Shown one piece after another: positions 57,847 to 64,000 of a DNA stretch of 64,000 nucleotides. Where the stretch lies: the sequence record SRR20825019_1354. The stretch is one strand, 5' to 3'. The translations under genes were made by a program, and so were the position numbers. The stretch's first letter is position 1. Each line of letters opens with the position of its first letter. Below the pieces are notes generated by a model. It ran no database searches and was not told the DNA's origin. It saw only the letters and a list, made by a program, of their open reading frames with translations.

Positions 57847-59409
57847 TCAGGCTTCCTGCGGGCCCGCCACCCCGTCCTCGATCACAAACCGCTTCAGGGT
57901 GCTGGCATCAGGCTCGGGTTTGGTGACATCCCCCACAACACGCATGTCTGCGGTCCAGCTACCCTTGCTCACATCACAGAGCGTATAGCCGCGATACCGC
58001 CCTTCATAGAGCTTGATATGCGGGTTTTCAGGGATCGAGGGCATATTGCGCTGCCAATAACTGTTCCCGCTGGTGATGGAGGTCGCCACAAACTCGCTGG
58101 CCACGGTTTTCGAGTTTGGGTCGTCAAAATCCCGCTTCACGTCACAAACGTAGGTGGCATGCACATCCCCGCCGATGATCACCGGGTTGGAGACATTGCG
58201 TTTTTCAAACATGTCCAGCACCCGGTCGCGGGAGGCAACATAGCCGTCCCAATATTCGCTGCCGATCAACTCGCCATCCCCCGGTTTATAGTCATGCTTT
58301 GAAAACAGCATGCCCTGCGCCATCACATTCCATTTGGCGCCCGCACGACCCATACCCCACATCAGCCATTTTTCCTGCGCTTCACCGAGGATGGACCGGG
58401 TTGGCTCGAACCGCTCCGCGCACGTGCCGTCAATAAGCCGCCAACCGCCGTCATCCGGGGTTTGGCAGGGCTGGTCGGTCCGGTACTGGCGGGTATCAAG
58501 CATGTTGATCTCAAGCAGATTGCCATAATTCGTGCGGCCAAAAAGCGCGGCGTCTGCCCCAATAGGCGCCGCCGCCCGCCGGAGCGGCAAATGCTCATAA
58601 TAGGCTTTATAGGCCGCCGCGCGCCGCTTCAGAAACTCGATCGGGTCCTCAAAATTCTGACCCTGGTCGGCGGCATAATCGTTTGCCACTTCATGGTCAT
58701 CCCAGGTGAACAGCCAGCTTGTGTGCGCGTGGGCTGCCTGCAGGTCCGGGTCCAGTTTATAGGTTGCGTGCAGCGCGCGGTAATCATCCAGCGTGACCGC
58801 ATTGCCCACTGGCACACGCCGGTGCGCCGCACCATAGGATTGCTCGTAGATATAGTCCCCCAGATGGACGATCAGCTCCACATCCTCCAAAACCATATCG
58901 CGGTATGCCTTGAAATATCCCTCGGTAAAATTCTGGCAGGAGCAGAAGGCAAACTTCATGCGCTCAAGCGGCGCCATAACAGCAGGTGCCGTGCGCGCGC
59001 GCCCCACGGGGCTGACCTCATCGCCTGCATGGAAACGGTAAAAATACGGCCTGCCGGGCGCTAGCCCAACCACGTCCACATGCACCGCATGGGCATTCTC
59101 CGCATGCGCCACAGTCGCACCTTTCTGCACAACTTTCTTGAAAGCATGATCTTCAGCAACCTCATAAGCCACCGGCACCGGGTCTGGCCCCACTGCCCTG
59201 TGATCCAAGGGGTCAGGCGCCAGCCGGGTCCAGATCACGAAGCCGGTGGGCATGGCGTCACCCGAAGCCACGCCAAGCGTGAAGGGGTATGAGATAAAAC
59301 GCGGTTTCCCGGTTACCCAGGCTGGTGTTGCAAGCAGTGGCGCGGAAAAAGCCGCAAAACCAAGCGCACTGGCTGTGCGCATAAATTGTCGCCGTGAAAA
59401 ATTGCTCAT
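57847..59409 (-). CDS. phoD: PhoD family alkaline phosphatase (Tat-exported)
   Basis: SRRQFM Tat motif, GVASGD, WTRLAP, HLGDYIYE, WDDHE..ND, LDTRQYR, WDGY, GDVH. Confidence 0.95.
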   Translation of the reverse strand: MSNFSRRQFMRTASALGFAAFSAPLLATPAWVTGKPRFISYPFTLGVASGDAMPTGFVIWTRLAPDPLDHRAVGPDPVPVAYEVAEDHAFKKVVQKGATVAHAENAHAVHVDVVGLAPGRPYFYRFHAGDEVSPVGRARTAPAVMAPLERMKFAFCSCQNFTEGYFKAYRDMVLEDVELIVHLGDYIYEQSYGAAHRRVPVGNAVTLDDYRALHATYKLDPDLQAAHAHTSWLFTWDDHEVANDYAADQGQNFEDPIEFLKRRAAAYKAYYEHLPLRRAAAPIGADAALFGRTNYGNLLEINMLDTRQYRTDQPCQTPDDGGWRLIDGTCAERFEPTRSILGEAQEKWLMWGMGRAGAKWNVMAQGMLFSKHDYKPGDGELIGSEYWDGYVASRDRVLDMFEKRNVSNPVIIGGDVHATYVCDVKRDFDDPNSKTVASEFVATSITSGNSYWQRNMPSIPENPHIKLYEGRYRGYTLCDVSKGSWTADMRVVGDVTKPEPDASTLKRFVIEDGVAGPQEA

Positions 59410-59448
59410 GCTCGCCCCCGGGATGATGGCCTACCACTTCATCTGACT

Positions 59449-59477
59449 ATGCCACCTATATCACAATCCGATGACAA
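59449..59477 (-). promoter_or_regulatory. Pho box (three half-sites, 11-bp period) upstream of phoD
   Basis: Minus strand TTGTCAT-CGGA-TTGTGAT-ATAG-GTGGCAT versus PhoB CTGTCAT-N4 repeats. Confidence 0.75.
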
Positions 59478-59544
59478 TTCAGGCAAGCACCTGCGACAAA
59501 AAACGCACTTGTCCGTGCGCATGAAACACCCTAAAGCGCACACC

Positions 59545-59916
59545 ATGAATATCTTCAGGAAATCGTCCGGCATGACCACCGACCTCGCGCTTTTCGCGGT
59601 GTTGGCACAGCTATGGCTTGCGCTTTCCTGTTGTGTGAGCCTGCCGGCAGGCGACCACCTTGTTTTTGGCGATGACACCTGGTGTTCGGTCGATAGCCTG
59701 AGCACCGGGCATTCCGGCGAGCATGCCGCGCATGAATGCGACTGCGTGATGATGGGCACGCCTTTCGTGTCCGAACCCGTGACCGCAAACCTTCTGCTGC
59801 CGAGGATGCCTGAGCCAAAAGGCCCTGTTTTCGCACAACAGCCAACCCTTCCCTTAAGCCCGCACTACGGCACCATCGGCAGCCGCGCACCGCCCGCCGC
59901 CCTCCAAACAGCATAA
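59545..59916 (+). CDS. DUF2946-like (CruR/CutF-type) leader peptide with C-terminal RAPP arrest motif
   Basis: Hydrophobic N-terminal segment, single Cys, His-rich H..EH..HECDC, Pro-rich linker, SRAPP six residues before the stop; upstream of a TonB-dependent receptor; start 59545 preferred. Confidence 0.82.
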   Translation: MNIFRKSSGMTTDLALFAVLAQLWLALSCCVSLPAGDHLVFGDDTWCSVDSLSTGHSGEHAAHECDCVMMGTPFVSEPVTANLLLPRMPEPKGPVFAQQPTLPLSPHYGTIGSRAPPAALQTA

Positions 59917-59961
59917 ATCAGATTTATCGGCGCGCACCGCCGCGCCACCCTGTTTTGGAGG
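59901..59961 (+). promoter_or_regulatory. Shine-Dalgarno-sequestering RNA structure
   Basis: CCTCCAAACAG (59901-59911) pairs with CTGTTTTGGAGG (59950-59961), which contains the receptor's SD; two inner hairpins. Confidence 0.75.
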
Positions 59962-59967
59962 AAACTC

Positions 59968-62025
59968 ATGAAGTCCCTTTTGAAAGGCGCATGCTCAACC
60001 GCAGCGCTCATGCTCACCACGCCTGCGCTTGCCACAAATGCTGCCACCGATGATGTGGAAACTATTATCGTCACCGCTGAGCGCGGCAAAGGTGAACCCC
60101 CGGTGATTGCTGAAAACCGCGAGCGCCTCGCCCGCACACCGGGCGCTGTTGCCCTTGTTGCTGTTGAAGCTTATGAAAACCGCACGGCCCAGGGCTTTGC
60201 TGATATGCTGCGCGACGTGCCGGGTGTGATGGCCCAAAAACGCTACGGCGAAGAATCCCGCCTCTCCATCCGCGGGTCCGGCATCGGGCAATCCTACCAC
60301 CAGCGCGGTGTGATGTTCGCGCAGGACGGTGTGCCCTTCGCAGACGCAGACGGTTTTTCTGATTTCCAAAAAATCGACCCGCTCGCCGCGCGCTATATTG
60401 AAGTTTACAAAGGCGGCAATGCGCTGCGGTTTGGCGGTGCACAGCTTGGCGGTGCCATCAACCTTGTTACCCCCACCGGCCACACCGCACAGTCAAATTA
60501 TATGCTACGGCTTGAAGGTGGCTCATTTGATACCCTAAGGGGCGGTGCCGCACTCGCCCAGGTGCTGGGTGACTTTGATGTGTACGCATCCGTAAACGCA
60601 TTACGCTCAGACGGCTTTCGGGAATGGGCAAAACAAGACCAAGTGCGTGCGACCGTCAATATGGGCTATAGCTTTGGCGAGGACCGCGAGATCCGCCTGA
60701 TCGCGTACGGCGCTGATATCGACCAGAACGTGCCCGGCTCGCTTGACCTCACCACCGCGCTTGATGCACCGGAAACCTCAACTGATGCAGTCAAAAACGG
60801 CAAATGGGCGCGGGATCAACAGTTGGGCCGCCTGAGCCTGCAAACCCGCTGGCGCTTCAGTGAAAACCTGCTGTTTGAAGGTGGGCTACACGCTACGACA
60901 ACCGATCTGCACCACCCGATCCCCATCATCATCGACCAGCAGTCAGACACCCAAGGCGCCTTTGGCCGGTTTGATTGGGCCGGTGAAGTTGGTGGCCATA
61001 AGACAGACATCTTCTGGGGTATTTCCTACCGGCAGGGACAACTTGACCAACAGCTTTACAGCAACATTGGGGGTGAAAGCGGCTTCCAGTTCGGCGGCAG
61101 CCGCCACAAGGCAACCGGCCTTGATGTTTTTGCTGAAGCCCGCATTTTTGCGACCGATACGCTCGCGCTGGTTGCCGGGGCGTCCTACGGGCGCGCGACG
61201 CGGGACTATACCAACCACCTTGCGCCAGCGAATGACGCGGACAAAACCTTCGACTGGTTCGCCCCGCGCGTTGGCCTGTTGTGGCAAAGCGAAGACGGCA
61301 CCCAGGTTTACGCCAACGTGACCAAATCTGTAGAGCCACCGCACTTTGGTGCGCTTGTGCAGGCCCCATACCCCGGTTTTGTACCTAACAAACCGCAAGA
61401 GGCGGTAAGCGCCGAGATCGGCACCCGTGGCCGGGCCGACAAGCTTGTTTGGGATATCACGCTCTATCAGGCCTGGCTCCAGCATGAGCTGCTGTCGTTC
61501 GCCAATACCTTTGGCTTGCCCAGTGCGGTTGCAGGCGCTGATGACACCATCCATCGCGGCCTTGAGGCTGCCTTTGACTGGCAGCTGATAGAAGAAGGTT
61601 TCATGGGCGGCGGGCTTACATTACGGCTTGGCTATACCTATTCGGACTTCACCTTCGATGATGACGCTACCTACGGCGACAACCGCCTGCCGGTGGTGCC
61701 CAAACACCAGATCCACCTGGGGCTGAGGTATGAGAACACAGCGGGCTTTTTCCTGCATCCAAGTGTGGAGTGGCGGCCAAGCGATACCTTTGTGGATTAT
61801 GCCAACACCATGAAAGCGCCGGGCTATGCGGTGCTGTCGCTGAACGCGGGTTTTGAAGTACGTGAGGGTGTCACCCTGTTTGTTGATGCCCGCAACTTAA
61901 CCGACAAAGCCTATGTGCCCGAGTTTGGGGCCATCAATGACGCGAGCGCAGCCGGGGCAAACCTGGCTGTATTTTACCCCGGCGAAGGCCGCGCCATTTA
62001 TGGCGGCATCACCTACCGCTTTTAA
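59968..62025 (+). CDS. TonB-dependent outer-membrane receptor
   Basis: Signal peptide, TonB box ETIIVTA, plug motifs SIRG, DGVP, IEVYKG, GGAINL, C-terminal NL.DK.Y...GR..Y.G..YRF. Confidence 0.95.
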   Translation: MKSLLKGACSTAALMLTTPALATNAATDDVETIIVTAERGKGEPPVIAENRERLARTPGAVALVAVEAYENRTAQGFADMLRDVPGVMAQKRYGEESRLSIRGSGIGQSYHQRGVMFAQDGVPFADADGFSDFQKIDPLAARYIEVYKGGNALRFGGAQLGGAINLVTPTGHTAQSNYMLRLEGGSFDTLRGGAALAQVLGDFDVYASVNALRSDGFREWAKQDQVRATVNMGYSFGEDREIRLIAYGADIDQNVPGSLDLTTALDAPETSTDAVKNGKWARDQQLGRLSLQTRWRFSENLLFEGGLHATTTDLHHPIPIIIDQQSDTQGAFGRFDWAGEVGGHKTDIFWGISYRQGQLDQQLYSNIGGESGFQFGGSRHKATGLDVFAEARIFATDTLALVAGASYGRATRDYTNHLAPANDADKTFDWFAPRVGLLWQSEDGTQVYANVTKSVEPPHFGALVQAPYPGFVPNKPQEAVSAEIGTRGRADKLVWDITLYQAWLQHELLSFANTFGLPSAVAGADDTIHRGLEAAFDWQLIEEGFMGGGLTLRLGYTYSDFTFDDDATYGDNRLPVVPKHQIHLGLRYENTAGFFLHPSVEWRPSDTFVDYANTMKAPGYAVLSLNAGFEVREGVTLFVDARNLTDKAYVPEFGAINDASAAGANLAVFYPGEGRAIYGGITYRF

Positions 62026-62037
62026 GGGAGAGACAGG

Positions 62038-62571
62038 ATGAAAAAGATGATTACCGCCCTTGTGCTCAGTGCCGCAGCGCTCGCGTCGCCCGTGAAAGCG
62101 CATGTTGTGCTGAGCGAAACAGAGGCCAAACCGGGTGCCTATCATTTCACTTTCCTGCGGGTTGGCCACGGCTGCGACGGGCAGGCAACAGAAAGCCTGA
62201 CGGTAGAAATTCCCGCCGGGGTTTATAGCGCAAAACCGCAACCAAAAACAGGTTGGAAGGTTGAGATTATACGGGAAGACCTGCCCGCCCCGGTGGTTGG
62301 CCCGCACGGCAAAGCGCTGACCGACCGCGTCGCGCGCATTCGCTGGAGTGGTGGTGCGCTCCCTGACAATATGGTCGACCAGTTCGGCCTTTTGGTGAAG
62401 CTGCCAACGAGTTCAGGCCCGCTTTATTTCCCGACCGTGCAATCCTGCGCGCTTGGTGAAAAAAGCTGGACCATGATCCCGCCCGAGGGAGCCGCATGGG
62501 GCAGTGTGCCCACGCCCGCGCCGGTCGTATACCTGAAAAGCGATGAGGATACACAAGCGCCGCATCACTAG
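62038..62571 (+). CDS. YcnI (DUF1775) family copper-binding protein
   Basis: Signal peptide followed by mature N-terminal His (AHV), RV.HGC, P.P..GW, W.GG.L, FP..Q.C, W, PAP. Confidence 0.9.
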   Translation: MKKMITALVLSAAALASPVKAHVVLSETEAKPGAYHFTFLRVGHGCDGQATESLTVEIPAGVYSAKPQPKTGWKVEIIREDLPAPVVGPHGKALTDRVARIRWSGGALPDNMVDQFGLLVKLPTSSGPLYFPTVQSCALGEKSWTMIPPEGAAWGSVPTPAPVVYLKSDEDTQAPHH

Positions 62572-62583
62572 GCGTTAGCGCTC

Positions 62584-62615
62584 GCTGCCATGCTGGAGAT
62601 GTCCGGCATGGCAGC
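62584..62615. terminator. 14-bp stem-loop between convergent ycnI and thpR
   Basis: GCTGCCATGCTGGA-GATG-TCCGGCATGGCAGC. Confidence 0.6.
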
Positions 62616-62619
62616 ATCT

Positions 62620-63240
62620 TCAATAAGCGGGCTCCAGCGTCCAGCCAAACTCGCGGGCCATATCAAACGAGCTGTAGCTGTCTTCCACATCGGGTTCGCT
62701 TTCGAGCGCCCTGCCGAAGCGGCTTTCCACCGTGTAGTAGGAGCCTTCATGCGTGCGCTGGCTTGAGAACAGCGTGAAATGCTGCACGGTTTCAACCGGT
62801 GTGTGCAACATCTCCCCGTGCAGCAACCAGTCCCCGACCCTCGCCTGGGCACCGCGCCTAAAGCGTGCCAGCGTGACATGCGGTTTATACTTCCGCCGCT
62901 CCACCTCAACATCAACACGGTCCAGTGCGTTCAGCACTTTTTCATGCAGGTGCATCAGCGGTGCTTTGTCTTCAACACCGGCCCACAGGCATTTGGGCTG
63001 TTTGGGTTTACCAAAAAGACCCACGCTTTTGAGCGCGAGGTCAAACGGCGTGAAAGAGATACGCGAAAGTTCGCCTTCAATTTCACGGAAGGTCTTCTTC
63101 GGCACGTCGCCGATAAATGCAAGGGTTAGGTGAAGCTGGTCATCCCGTTGCCAGTGTGCGCCTTCAACGCCGCCGCGTACGTGAGAAAGCGCGTCCCTGA
63201 TATTTTCCGGAATTTCCAGGCCGACGAATAAACGCACCAT
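62620..63240 (-). CDS. thpR: RNA 2',3'-cyclic phosphodiesterase (2H phosphoesterase)
   Basis: RLFV, HLTL.F.G and PHVTLAR (two HxT motifs); AAGGAGG RBS. Confidence 0.93.
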   Translation of the reverse strand: MVRLFVGLEIPENIRDALSHVRGGVEGAHWQRDDQLHLTLAFIGDVPKKTFREIEGELSRISFTPFDLALKSVGLFGKPKQPKCLWAGVEDKAPLMHLHEKVLNALDRVDVEVERRKYKPHVTLARFRRGAQARVGDWLLHGEMLHTPVETVQHFTLFSSQRTHEGSYYTVESRFGRALESEPDVEDSYSSFDMAREFGWTLEPAY

Positions 63241-63405
63241 GGCCTGCCTCCTTCGATCAAGATATCGGGCTCAAAATGGCCCGACATACTAATGCTAGCG
63301 TAAAAATCGCCGGAGGGGAATCGTCAACCTTGCTGAAATTTTTGTGACAATGGGGAAAAACCGTTAAAATGTTCAGATAGGGGCCAAAATTTGGGGGTGG
63401 AAAAA

Positions 63406-64000
63406 ATGAATCATATCAACATATGGGTACGTGTTTTTGTCAGCGGAATGGGCGCTATCTATCTAGTGTCAATGTATCTGATCCCTGCATTACAAGCAGT
63501 AGTTGGACATGCGACCGTACTGGATGCATGGGAGTACTATCAAGGCGTTCTCCATGACTGGCAAACTCTCAATGGCAGCTTGATAGCGTTGGCAGGGGCC
63601 GGATTTGCTTTAGTTGCAACTAAAATGTCCCTGCATAATGACTTTATCAAAAACCAAGTTGATAGGGAGAGAAAAAAAGAAGAACAACTACTCAAAGCGA
63701 GCGCCATATTATTGGCGATGGTTGATCAATATGAGTTCCTACTCGACAAACGTTCAAACGCAGGTAATCGGGTACCCTTAGAACCGCTGTATATATGGCG
63801 AGAAAATACGGGACTGTTCATTGATGCGTTTGGTGTTCAGAATTACAGTTCAATTCGAGCCGGTGTGAAGGACATAGAAACAGCTCTAAATCCCGATGCG
63901 GGGAACAAGATTACATATGCGGCCGCCTTGGAAATAACCAAGCTCTTCCAAAACTATGCACAACAGACCTCATCTACACGACGAGCGGGAGTTTTTCATC
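63406..64000 (+). CDS. AT-rich hypothetical membrane protein, 3'-truncated (not in ORF track)
   Basis: Open from ATG 63406 to the window end (198 codons): MNHINIWVRVFVSGMGAIYLVSMYLIP...DWQTLNGSLIALAGAGFALVA...RERKKEEQ; two TM segments then a charged helix. Confidence 0.7.
   Translation, partial: MNHINIWVRVFVSGMGAIYLVSMYLIPALQAVVGHATVLDAWEYYQGVLHDWQTLNGSLIALAGAGFALVATKMSLHNDFIKNQVDRERKKEEQLLKASAILLAMVDQYEFLLDKRSNAGNRVPLEPLYIWRENTGLFIDAFGVQNYSSIRAGVKDIETALNPDAGNKITYAAALEITKLFQNYAQQTSSTRRAGVFH

Noticed and set aside
59449-59544. N-terminal extension of the RAPP leader given in the ORF track
   Set aside because: Its ATG lies in the phoD Pho box and the stretch contains a plausible promoter; 59545 fits better.
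1-64000. CRISPR arrays, IS elements, integrases, prophage genes, tRNA/rRNA, retron or other reverse-transcriptase systems
   Set aside because: No repeat-spacer periodicity, transposase/integrase/RT motifs or tRNA cloverleaf with T-loop found by eye; the GIY-YIG gene is the small housekeeping type.

Overview
Mostly core chromosome of an alphaproteobacterium. This is inferred from gene order (tlpA-argH-lptM-lysA, zinc-ribbon/ftsEX, hisC-tyrA, metXW, phaR, mlaEFD, dapDE, ffs-dnaX-ybaB-recR) and from a perfect CtrA box; a marine Kordiimonas/Rhodospirillales-like lineage is a guess. About 65 CDS and the SRP RNA are supported. No tRNA, rRNA, CRISPR array, transposase or integrase was seen. Three CDS are missing from the ORF track: the etfA 3' end (2-97), an LptM-type lipoprotein (8462-8587) and an AT-rich membrane-protein gene running off the right edge (63406-). 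Main signals: (1) a probable metal-sensing ribosome-arrest leader (DUF2946-like, ending S-R-A-P-P) whose 3' end pairs with and hides the Shine-Dalgarno of a TonB-dependent receptor-YcnI operon (59545-62571); (2) an unassigned, highly structured ~190-nt RNA with its own putative promoter and terminator after dapE (48420-48606); (3) a helically phased CGCCACA array plus a Fur-like box upstream of a degenerate ApbE homolog; (4) a lysine-damage repair cluster (CobB, LMW-PTP, fructosamine kinase); (5) a PrsT-like/PEP-CTERM pair, a mini-PhaE-like/PhaC-like/PhaR module, and several regulator sites (Pho box, CtrA boxes, PhaR-like palindromes). All family calls come from motif recognition by eye; no searches were run.
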